A DNA stretch of 64,000 bases. Origin: Phoronis australis (taxonomy: Eukaryota > Animalia > Phoronida). Positions 32,101 to 42,600 of the stretch are shown here, one piece after another. The notes under the pieces were generated by a model that was not told the DNA's origin, ran no database searches, and saw only the letters and a program-made list of their open reading frames with translations. Position 1 is the stretch's first letter. Each line of letters opens with the position of its first letter. The position numbers were made by a program, and so were the translations under genes. The stretch is from contig NMRA01000116.1 of NCBI GenBank assembly GCA_002633005.1, positions 44,483 to 108,482 of the forward strand, read 5' to 3'.

Positions 32101-35100
32101 TTTCTACTTGGAACTTTTCCTTCACAGTCACGAAGTAACACAAAGTATACACCTGAAGACCTATGAAAATACAGAGGTCAATGTAAAATACTAAAATTGC
32201 CACTAGAGGCAAATACTAAAATTGCCACTAGAGGCATACCGGTAATCAGAATCATCCTAAAGTCGTCATCGTCCGTTGTCAACATCACATAAATACACTT
32301 GCTAAATTTAGTAAAGATCCTGCAAACGGTTTGGGAGATACAGCCATGGGCGCAAAAAAACAAAACTGCCACTAGGAGGCGCCACAGTAGTCCAAATCGT
32401 CTGAAAATCATTGTCAGCTGTCTTCCTTATAGTAAGCACATACACGCCAATTTTCACAATCATCCTTTGAGCGGTTTGGTTGATAGAGGGGTGGACGCAA
32501 AAATACAGACTCGAAAACAGTAAAAATGGCCACTAGGTGGCGCAAACTACGTCGAATCCATCTGAAAACAGTAGGATAGCGTCATCTCACTAATAGGTGC
32601 CTACATACCAAATTTCATGAAAATCCGTTCAATACTTTTGAAGATACAAAGGTAAGCGTAAAAAACTAAAATTGCCACTAGGGGGCACACCGGTAGTCGG
32701 ATCCGACCAAAAGTCGTCATCTTCCGTTGTTAACATCATATAAATATACTTACACAATTTGTAAAGATCCTGCGAACGGTTTAGGAGATACAGCCATAGG
32801 CGCAAAAAAACAAAACTGCCACTAGGAGGCGCCACAGTAGTCGAAATCGTCGGAAAATCATCGTCAACCATCCTCTACATAGTAAGCATATACATGCCAA
32901 TTTTCACAATCATCCTTTGAGCGGTTTGGTTGATAGAGGGGTGGACGCACAAAAACAGACTCGAAAACACTAAAAATGGCCACTAGGTGGCGCAAACTAT
33001 GTCGAATCCATCTGAAAACGGGAGGATAGCGTCATCTCACTAATAGGTGCCTACATACCAAATTTCATGAAAATCCAATAAGGACTTGTGAAGATACAAA
33101 GGTAAGCGTAAAAAAATTAAAATTGCCACTAGGGGGCACACCGGTAGTCGGATCCGTCCAAAAGTCGTCATCTTCCGTTGTTAACATCATATAAATATAC
33201 TTACACAATTTCGTAAAGATCCTGCGAACGGTTTAGGAGATACAGCCATAGGCGCAAAAAAACAAAACTGCCACTAGGAGGCGCCACAGTAGTCGAAATC
33301 GTCGGAAAATCATCGTCAACCGTCCTCTACATAGTAAGCACATACATGCCAATTTTCACAATCATCCTTTGAGCGGTTTGGTTGATAGAGGGGTGGAAGC
33401 ACAAAAACAGACTCGAAAACAGTAAAAATGGCCACTAGGTGGCGCAAACTATGTCGAATCCATCCGAAAACGGCAGGATAGCGTCATCTCACTACTAGGT
33501 GCCTACATACCAAATTTCATGAAAATCCGTTCAGGACTTTTGAAGATACAAAGGTAAGCGTAAAAAACTAAAATTGCCACTAGGGGGCACACCGGTAGTC
33601 GGATCCGTCCGAAAGTTCGCACATGCCGTCCCATTCATGAATGGAACATATGTGCCAAATTTCATGAACGTATGTCAAAGGGTTTTGGAGATAGAGCAGC
33701 GGACGCCGGACGCCGGACGGACGCCGCCCGGACGGACGGACGGACGGACGGACGGACAGAGATGACGGCATAATGCGTCCACATATAAATATGTGGGCGC
33801 ATAAAAAACTGCCACTAGGAGGTGCCGCAGTAGTCCAAGTTGTCGGAAAATCATTGTCAGCTGCACTCTTCACAGTAAGAACATATACAGCAATTTTCAC
33901 TATCATCTTTAGAGTGGTTTGGTTGATAGAGGGGCAGACGCCAAAAAAACAGACTCAAAAACAGTAAAAGTGGCCACTAGGTGGCGCAAAATACCTCGAA
34001 TCCATCTGAAAATGGGAGTTTAGTGCATCTCACTAATGGATGCCTATCTGTCAAATTTTATGAAAATCTGTTGAGGAACTCCGAAGATACAGATGTATAC
34101 GTAAAAAACTAAAATTGCCACTAGGGGGTACACCAGTAGTCAAATGGGACCGAAATTCGTTGTCATGTGTCATAAGCTTCATATGAACACATATGCCAAA
34201 TCGCATTGAGATCCTATGAGGGGTTTAGGAGAGACAGTTGCAGACGCTGGACACCAGACGCCCAGACAGAGATGACAGCAATACGCACCCACCTGTAAAT
34301 ATGTAGGAGTATGAAAACAGATGAAATTGACACAAAAATTTAAGCCATTTTCATCAAACAATCCTGAGAGACGAAAGAAGTTATTGTCCAGGCGAAGTCT
34401 CCAGTAGAAGAGGTTGTTAGGAACCTGCCATATGGGTATTTTATCCTCTAATCTATACCGTAGTTTTGCGTAGGTAATCTGGTAATACAGCTCCAGCAGA
34501 GTCCTTAATCACTGATCAATCGAGTCGGGTGGTTGCATTTGCAACAATTTTAAGACTTTTATTGAAATAATTTCAAGACTTGTATTTTCTTTCTATCAAG
34601 GACTCAGTTGACAGACAGATTTTGGGATGGACTGTGTGAAAACGTGACCCACATTGCAAAGTACTGATTTTTTTCCGATGTGACATCAGCATTTTACAAT
34701 GTGCACAGAAATTTAGCATACTGGGAAGTTTTCAAGAAGAACAATGAATTTGTAATACTTCTGAATATGCTGGGAATAGCATAATTGCAACCTTTTGATA
34801 ACCCTGTCGATTGCTCTTGAATCAACAAACCTTACTCTCACCTCCACCTACATGAAAAATGTAATGGTTTGTTTACCCTAGCTTAAATTTAACATTCAAG
34901 CTCGTGAACTCATTTGTAATTGTGCAATCCTCTCATGTTTGATATTTTCACTTAATTTGCATTGATCACTATTTTCACAGAAGTTCGACAGAATTATTTT
35001 ATTAATAGTTCACAAAATAGCCAACAAAGCCAGCTGTACCTTTTTGCTTTTAAGTGCTTTCTTCACAGTGTTTGTCATACAGTTGGAGCAGATCTTGTGA

Positions 35101-35182
35101 TGGGCAGTGCAGACGACAAACTTAAAATTCAAGAGTGAGGCACTACATGAGCAACAGACCAATCGGCTTGTAGTTGCAGACT
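13165..35182 (-). CDS. RING-IBR-PARP coding region, either a separate gene or the C-terminal continuation of prominin B. Exons: 35040-35182, 30653-30734, 24744-24846, 23682-23754, 21503-21619, 17003-17139, 16458-16612, 15305-15370, 13165-13697 (stop TGA)
   Basis: All nine exons join in phase. The 30734 acceptor is an uncommon GAG after a pyrimidine tract. Translation: SATTSRLVCCSCSASLLNFKFVVCTAHHKICSNCMTNTVKKALKSKK...ECPLKGCHKWIPLAELKKILEPVTYDAIHERMLEDSVKEFEKREGVLVCPCCGVMVPVHGGEKVMNCFKCGKSTCRYCKEEY...HSQC..DMPSHWE...SPEYKKVATMF...IERVENPELWRLY...LFHGT...VYGQGTYFAS...MFVCSVVVG...RPPP...LYDSVVN...IFVIFENRQYYPEYVIRY. Confidence 0.88.
16697..16723. repeat. (CAA)n microsatellite
   Basis: Directly visible. 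Confidence 0.9.
17220..17379. mobile_element. Small Tc1/mariner-type MITE
   Basis: TIR TATCGTAAACGTTCGGGTTAACGCCC versus GGGCGTTAACCCGAAAGTTTACGGTA, with TA ends. A decayed relative lies near 4140-4300. Confidence 0.7.
18201..18712. mobile_element. Harbinger/PIF-like MITE
   Basis: TIR AGGGCCTTTCATA versus TATGAAAGGGCCT, flanks TAT/TAA, and internal repeated CAGTATGAAC subterminal motifs. Confidence 0.65.
21503..35182 (-). CDS. RING1 (C3HC4, RNF216/TRIAD3-like) plus IBR zinc-binding exons
   Basis: Pattern CxxC-x11-C-x3-H-x2-C-x2-C...C-x4-C, then a helical linker, then CPxC...CxxC-x4-CxxC...H-x2-C. Spacing and context resemble, from my recall, the RING1-IBR part of RBR ligases such as RNF216. 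Confidence 0.75.
22880..23165. repeat. 39-bp minisatellite, about 7 copies
   Basis: Unit approximately CCAAGTTGACCCGTGAGGCTCATTTTGGCTGAGAGCGTA. Confidence 0.92.
23845..24345 (+). mobile_element. Penelope-like retroelement remnant (linker plus GIY-YIG endonuclease, disrupted)
   Basis: Translates across frameshifts and a stop to VVIPYVQGLSDRL...SLRSQLVNVK..CVV*DVRCKDPQCSDSYIGETKQSIKMRTSQHRR...AIFSHL...VTILDCEEDWFKRREKEAL...PSLNKRGGLRFDLSHVWDGVL, typical of Penelope C-termini. Confidence 0.85.
25123..26215 (+). mobile_element. 5' part of a HINE-like (non-autonomous Helentron) element with CCACTAG core repeats; probable 3' end at about 29660-29731
   Basis: Begins AAACAAGAGAAACGCGGAGTGTT, like the copies at 30796 and 31815. 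Contains diverged core units. A matching 3' end (GACGG microsatellite, hairpin, GCATAAAAA) lies at about 29670-29731. Confidence 0.65.
26555..27646. mobile_element. Foldback-like MITE built from ATTCTCACT/AGTGAGAAT motifs
   Basis: 36-bp exact inverted repeat (AGTGAGAATCTCACTGGATTCCAGTTAGATTCCAGT at 26566; reverse complement ending 27630), many internal 9-bp motif copies, and CCC.../...GGG-type ends. Confidence 0.75.
27914..29525 (+). mobile_element. Kolobok-like non-autonomous DNA transposon, copy 1
   Basis: TTAA|AGGAGAATGCCACC ... GGTGGCATGCTCCT|TTAA. A second copy lies in inverted orientation at 57712-59395. Confidence 0.8.
30796..34318 (+). mobile_element. Nested HINE-like elements: outer about 30796-34318, inner about 31815-33807, with internal tandem units of about 450 bp
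   Basis: 5' AAACAAGAGC..ATGCGCCCAC, tandem core (equivalent positions 32521, 32971, 33423), (GGAC)n microsatellite, and 3' hairpin ATGCGTCCACATATAAATATGTGGGCGCAT followed by an A-run. The inner copy interrupts the host unit at an A-run. Confidence 0.75.
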
Positions 35183-36689
35183 CTGGAAACAGAGGTATTA
35201 AATGAAATGTAACGAAACACATGCGAATTTTTTAGCACATATATAGTTCTTTAAGAAATGTTCATTTTCACAATATTAATTGAAAATGTCGATTTTGATG
35301 GACAGTCCACAAGTAGACAAATATTTAACATGTTGTGAAGGATTTGTAACAGAATCTCAATATGCAGGCATTTCAATCATAATTGTGTTGACTGTGTTTG
35401 ACAAAATCTAGCCAAGCGTTGTCTTTTAGGTCTTTTGAGTAACAGTATGAGAATTAGTCAAAGGTGAGAACACGACAATTCTGATTTTTGACGTATAGCT
35501 ACTTTGGATAGAGTGTGATGAACAAATGCAACAATTTCCATTAAAATTGTGATTTCTTAGAAAGCTGACGCTCTTCAAATTCGGGGCAGGTTCATTGTTA
35601 GGAAAGATGACATAAGGGTGTTTGGTTATCTTTAATTGAGTTAAAGTGGATAAAAACCCTCCCTCCATCACAAAAAAACAATATTTGATTTAGAACACCT
35701 ACTGTATGAAATTGGCCAAAAGTTGAATATGAGATAAGGGCTTTGACAACTGACAGTACACTATTTGCTGGAGATGAGACCCTACAGGTAGGCTTGTCAC
35801 ATGGTGTCACTTTGTGTGCCGGGCATGATCAGACCCTACAAGTTGGCTTGTCACATGGTGTCACTTTGTGTGCCTAGCACGATCTCAAGGAACAACAAAC
35901 TGTCAGTTTTTTTGCAAATCAAGATGAGGTCACTTCTCATCTGAGTAAGGAACAAGCAGACGCCATTTCATGGCAGTACGTGGTGTAATTCAAAAGTTCG
36001 CTTTTTGGGACGGAATGTGGGTCTGTAGCTGCTTTGTCTCAAACAATAGGGCATAATAATTCTGTACTAAGAGGCTTTGAAAATCATTATGGGATGTAAA
36101 AAGAATGCAAATTGACTTACTAATCTTTGTACCCGTTAAATTCCCAAGGTTCTTCAATGACCGACAATTGTGTCATTTCATCAGTACTTAATGAAATGAG
36201 TATTGGTTTTCCTGTTTCAATAACTGCGGTACAATCTTTCAGGTTTATTTTAATATAAGCCTCATAAAAGGAAACTTTAAACACAAACCAACTGCAGGTT
36301 CTTACAGTATGACATTGATCTTATTAAACTCGCCTTTTGAATCTTTGGGAGGGCAACAAAAAATCAAATTGGACTTTAAAAAGTACTAAAATGTCAACAG
36401 TGCATAACAGTGACTAGGGTATCTGGATCTCATCTGTTCATTAGCAGACGTAAAGTCAATGTAAATGACAAATCCATATAATGATGACAGAATATTTCAT
36501 TTTTCCTAACTTTCTCCTCCAGCAACTCTTTTAAATGTTCTATTTTTCGTCTGAGAAATTCAATTTCAAGAGCAATGAGAAAAAAGCTCACCTATGTGAA
36601 TGCAAATTCATTTCGACCACATTTGTAGTGCAATTGTTTGTGCAGTAAGGAAAAGAAAAACTTGCCTGTTATCTTTTCCATCCACCCAC

Positions 36690-39600
36690 CATGCGCTTGG
36701 GTATCAGTGTCTTTTATAGGTTCAGGATCTGCAGTTGTTGACCTGTCAGAGGTCGATGATTCAACAAAGGATGTCTCTCTGAAATGAATCCAAGTGGTTC
36801 AACTTTGTTGGCACTGGAGTATAAAACCACTGAAAGAGAGGTTTGTCAATCGTTAAGTGTAATTTGTTGGTGAATTCTCTTTCAATTCATATCTCATTAA
36901 TCAAAAGTGCTTAAAATCACCAATTTCATCTCAAAAACACCAGAAAACAACCCCACCAGTAGACAAGCTTTCAAATTAGAACACCCGCGAGCACTAACTG
37001 ACGGTATGTTAATTAGCTGAACTGGGAAACCACTCACAACTCCATTAGTCATCCTCCTTGTGTTTAGTGTGATATTGTTGCTCATTTTGCTGTTGTTTAC
37101 GATATGATAAAGACTGGTGAGAGGTTTCATTTGTGGTGGTTTAAAGCACTGAATTTGTTTTTTATCACAAAACTGACCCAACACTTATATTTCTCACACG
37201 TTCATTAGTCAGAAAAGTTAGGCCAGGTGGTTGGGCTGAGAAGTACCTTAACTGAGGCAGAGATCAGCGTATGAGTACGTCATGTAGATTTTTATCAACG
37301 TATGAGTGCATGTAGATTGTTATCAGCGTATGAGTACATGTAGATTATTATCAACATATGAGTACATGTGAATTGATATCAAAATAAGAGTACGTGTGAA
37401 TTGATATTAACATATGAGTACATGTGAATTGATATCAATGTATGAGTACATGTGCATTGATATCAAGGTATGAGTACACGTGAATTGATATCAACATATG
37501 AGTACATGTGCACTGATATCAACGTATGAGTACATGTGAATTGATATCAACGTATGAGTACATGTGAATTGATATCAACGTATGAGTACATGTGGATTGA
37601 TATCAACGTATGAGTACATGTGAATTGATATCAACATATGAGTACATGTGAATTGATATCAACGTATGAGTACATGTGAATTGATATCAACATATGAGTA
37701 CATGTAGATTGACATCAACGTATGAGTACATGTAGATTGATGCCATACCGTGCGTAACTTTCTGGCGCAACTTTGTTCCTAGAACAAAAAAAACATGACT
37801 GTTGTACATAAAATATAACTTGCATATACAAACATGGGTCAATTACACAAATAATTGCCACAAATCAAAATCAATCAGCAGTAACAGAATTTAACCATTC
37901 CCATTTAGGAGTAGGCACATCTTTTCCCTAGAGGTCTGCATGGTAGTAGCCTCCTCTTCTCACCACAGTCAGTTCTTTCTCTACCAGGAGTAGGTCTTTT
38001 CTCAACGGCAATTCAGTTCTCACTGACTCGGTTCTTTTCACGCCAACCGCATTTTGTTCTCATGAATCGGTGTACATTTCTTTCAAACAATTTTTGTCAC
38101 TTCTATGCTTTTAAGTTGCTTTGTTCATGAACAAAAATAAAATACAGAAACACCTAGTATTCTTGAAAATATTACAATGACAACTCATAAAGTAAAGTGA
38201 GTTGGATGTTGACATTGACATTCAAACATTAAAATTTGTGATATAAAATAGGAGATATCAGAACCACACATTGGTACCAGGTAAATATATGTTACATGTA
38301 CACGATGAGCGTTATTGCATTGACATTTGTGGCATACTAAATCATTTAAACGAGGTGTAAAATTCAACTATGTGTCATGTAGTTGAATTCTACACACAAG
38401 ACTTCAGCCAAACTCAACTCCTGCAGTAACATTCGTAAAAGTTCAAGGTTTCTGTTAGCATGGTATGTATAAAAAGCAGTGAAACAAATGACAGGTTAAC
38501 AAGAAGTGAATTGTGGTTAACGAGAAAAGAACTACAGCTTGTAAGGGAATGAGTTAATGAGAAAGAGATGCTCATGAGAACATCCAATTTGCGAACCGTG
38601 AAGGAGGAAAATTGGCAGACCAGCCTGACATCGCGAGGGCAAGACATTGGGGTATTCCCTTGTTCACATACTAGCTAAGACATGGATGTGGCACAAAAAG
38701 TAGACAAATAACCATTGTGTACCTAATGTACATTGATGATACCACAGCTTTATGACATTCCAAAATTAGTCAAAAGACACTGGTTTCCGGTTTTTATTGT
38801 ATTGCAAATAGCACTATGGAAACAGGAAATAAAAATTGTTTCCAACATCTGGATTACAGAATCGCCAAGGTGTCGATGCATCATTATGTGTCAATAGTCT
38901 ACATAAAATTCACTAATAACGGCATTTACGTACCTTCGAATTCCCACTGTTTTCTGAGTGTCCCTACAACACGACACAAAACAAGTCAACCTCGTTCTAA
39001 GGCAATTATCAAACTTTCCAACTAAAATCCTCGTTTCATAAGACAAAGTTAAACGGTTTGTTAGGTCAGAAGCTTAGATCAGAAGCATTGTAACAGTTTA
39101 AACATGGAAGTGCCACTCCAAAGAAATATGTATCCAATCACTCTTTCCAATGTTTCATAAAAGTGCATTCAGGTTTGTCGATTCCTTCCTAAAGTCCTTA
39201 CATAGGTCTTAGCTACTTTCTGATTTAGCTGACATGCTAGGTACTAGAAAACAAACAGTAAATCAAACCCCCCATCACGGGTGCCTGTTTAAATTTTTGC
39301 TCATTATACATTGCCTGTTAGGCCTTTTTCAAGTTTTTGTTTGTTTAAAATCTTTTCTTTGTGCATTTGCTTTAGGCCCTTCAGGCATTTCTTAAGTTTT
39401 TTGTTTTGGTTGCGTCATTAAGGGCAATTCATTGTACACCCCCGTGGCATTTTTTCCATGCCCATCTTGCAGAGTCTTATTTAGTTCTTCTACTTCTGTC
39501 AATGATAATAAATGACATTATGCTTAATCCTCAGCTTGTTTTACTCTGCAACATAGATTGTGGCGTACCCCGGGCAAAATAGATTACAATAAATACCATT

Positions 39601-42600
39601 ATTTATCATTTCTGGTTGTTCTTGTTGATCTTAAGGCATATTAAACAAATCGTAGAGCATCCTCGTTCCTGAACTTTTGTCAAATACTAACGACCATACA
39701 GCTCCTCAGATATAATGTGTACATACCTTACCACCTCACTCTGACTTGCCGAGAGATCCCTCCAATGCAACATAAAGAAAAACGTGTTTACCTTGTTTTA
39801 AGGTAATCAGTATTCAGGGACATTATCACTTATCATTAATATAATTATTGTCATCACCTATCACTGTTATTGTTAATATTACTTATCATTATTACTATAA
39901 TTGCCATTTATTTTTATCCTGAGTGGCCTCCTCAGTGAATGAACATTGGTTTCTAGGTGGATCCAGAGACAAATGCAACACAGCAGGGATATAGAACTAT
40001 GTACACAACAACAACAAAAGAAAACACTCCCTGTGTAGTACCAAATAGCCTATTTATTATTCATACAGAAAAGTATAAAACAGTTCATTATTTAAAACGA
40101 GTTATTCTTATTAAGATGACAGGCAAAAAATTGAATTTCATGCCTCAAAAGCGAGGCCTTCTATATTAATATAGAGGGCGCCGCCGAAAGGTGGCCAATG
40201 AGCGGCGCTTCCTATATTAATATCGTGGGCCCCGGCTCTCCGGCCGCCTTTTGGCGAGGCCCTCTATAATAATATGGGCGGCCTCGCCGAAAGGCGGCCG
40301 GAGAGCGGGGCCCTCCATATTAATATAGGAAGCACCGCTCATCGGCCACCTTTCGGCGAGGCCGCCTATATTAATATAGAAGGCCTCGCTTTTGAGGCAT
40401 GAAATTCAATTTTTTGCCTGTCATTTTAATAAGAATAAGTCATTTTAAATAATAAGCTGTTATAAATCACTCTTCTAATTGTTATGATATTCCAAAACAA
40501 ATCTCATTTTGCACTTAATATAGAGCTTATCCAAAAACTTCTATGCCACGAGAATAGCGTTATTTACAGATCTTGCTACACTAATACACTAAGACTAGTC
40601 CAGGCGAGGTGCTTTACCCTAGCCAAGCAGCAAGTGAAGCCTTTTCATAAAGACATGCTTGAGTTAACTGAGTAAAAACTATGTAAAGCTTTGTTAGAAA
40701 GTACTGCACACCTGTAATTTGTACCCACCAGATTAGATTTATTGCATTGGATACATAAAGGGTATGGTAAGACACTGTCTACAGCCGGGTAATCAGGGTG
40801 AGTGGGGTGTACCGGATGATTACAGTGCTTCTCACCTGTCTTCATTATCATTCCTAATTCCAGTGTCTACACACTCCTTGCAAATGTGACACACACATAC
40901 AAACTGACTCACCCATTTTCAACAATGAAATCTAAGCTGTATCGCTAGACACAACACCATCTGAAAACTTCAATATTCAGCGCCACCTACACTTACACGC
41001 GGTAACTGCAAAGCATTCCTAAAGCTCGTTTACAGTGAAACAATAAACGCGGAGGTGAGATGCAAGGTCATAAGTAATAATGACAAAGGAAAATAGTACA
41101 GATCACGAACAGATATACAAAGATTACACAATACATGAAACCGCAGAGGTGAGTGTGTCTACCAGCAATAATAAACAGATGTAAGATTCACATGTGCTGC
41201 GACATGAACCAGTGAAATTTCAAATTGATGCTTTCCTTTAGTTTTCTGTAGTCATTTTACATGTACCTCAGGTTTTCACTGTTGTATACTGGAATGTTCA
41301 AATGACCTGAAATTTCGTCAACTCCAACTGAATTTGTCTGGCGATTGGATTAAGTGGATGCGTAGCCTACGTGCTCTCCAACAATGCCTAGCTGTATGTA
41401 TGCCATGTTTTCTAATTACATCCTTGTGGGTGCACATCACTGTTGCATGTCTGCCATCGTGCCGTCCTTGCCACCGTCATCAGGTTGGGCACCCCTCCAT
41501 CTAGGCATTTAGGAGAGTTAGGTGTTCTCCCAAGCCTAGTTTGCTGACAGTACTTATGGCAATTTTTTTTTCATTTTTCTCTTAATTGTTTGGCTTCTTT
41601 GTGCTTTGCAGACATCAAAAAGTTACATAAGGTGAGGTATTCATAATGTTTTTATCAACACTAGGTTGCTGTATTCCTATAGGTCCCTGAATGTTGGAAG
41701 CACTTTTTTAGTTTCGAGATCTTGCCTTTCATTGGCTGTGCTTGAGTCACTTTGCCGATTCCGCCTGGTCACCCGCGCCAGCTAAGACATTTGATGCCAC
41801 TGGGTTCTTGATGACTAACTTTCTACTTACAGGTCAATCGGATATTCTAGTCAATTGTCTCAATCAAATCGAAGAGGAGCAGACATTGCAAGCTTTTTAT
41901 TTCAAACCACTTGAACATAAGTCACCTTTACTCAGCTTGTTAAATATTCATGGAATAGTGTACTGTCTCGTAAACACAGAAAATACAATGCTCTAATCGT
42001 GGTATCTTACAGCACACCTGTGAGAAACAACTTTTCACCAATTGTTGTGGTGTTCTTATTTAACAATCAACATTAATTAAAGGAAACAAATTACCAGCAG
42101 GGCACATCTATGTCAGGGTCTATCTCATCGAAACCGTCACCCTCATGCTTCATACAGCGGTAGTGCTTGGCCAGCTTGACTGAGAAGATGATGGAGGGAG
42201 TGAAGAAGAAGAGACAACAGCCGAAAGAGATCCAAAAACAATTCTAGAATGAGTCAAAAATATACAGATTGGCGACTTGTGTTCTCTAACGATGATGGTG
42301 GACAAATTTAATAGGATTCCCCAGAAAACTCTGATTTGCAAGTACCTTGGTTTTGGGGGAATTTGCACTCAAATCAAAAATGATTCACTTCGAAGCTTAA
42401 TTTAGTAAAATAAAGTTTAATTTGGATTACAGCTCTTACTCACCAAATATTTGTCCAGAGACTTTAAGATAACGAACAAACTTCAGAAACAACACAGTTG
42501 GTTGTACAGTTGTTTGGACGCAGACACTTTCAGATAATACATGAAGTTTAAGCTTTCATTCCTCAGATCCCAGCTAGGATAGTCAGTCTATGCCAGCTTG

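Noticed and set aside
35010-35222. ATG at 35222 as the start of a stand-alone RING-PARP gene
   Set aside because: It lies just upstream of a strong polypyrimidine/CAG acceptor at 35183, so an internal exon is more likely. Kept only as the alternative hypothesis.
36897-37184. 95-aa minus-strand ORF between prominin and RING exons
   Set aside because: No motif and no convincing phase-matched splice sites.
37268-37742. CRISPR-like array (28-bp repeats)
   Set aside because: Head-to-tail repeats without unique spacers, eukaryotic context, no cas genes.
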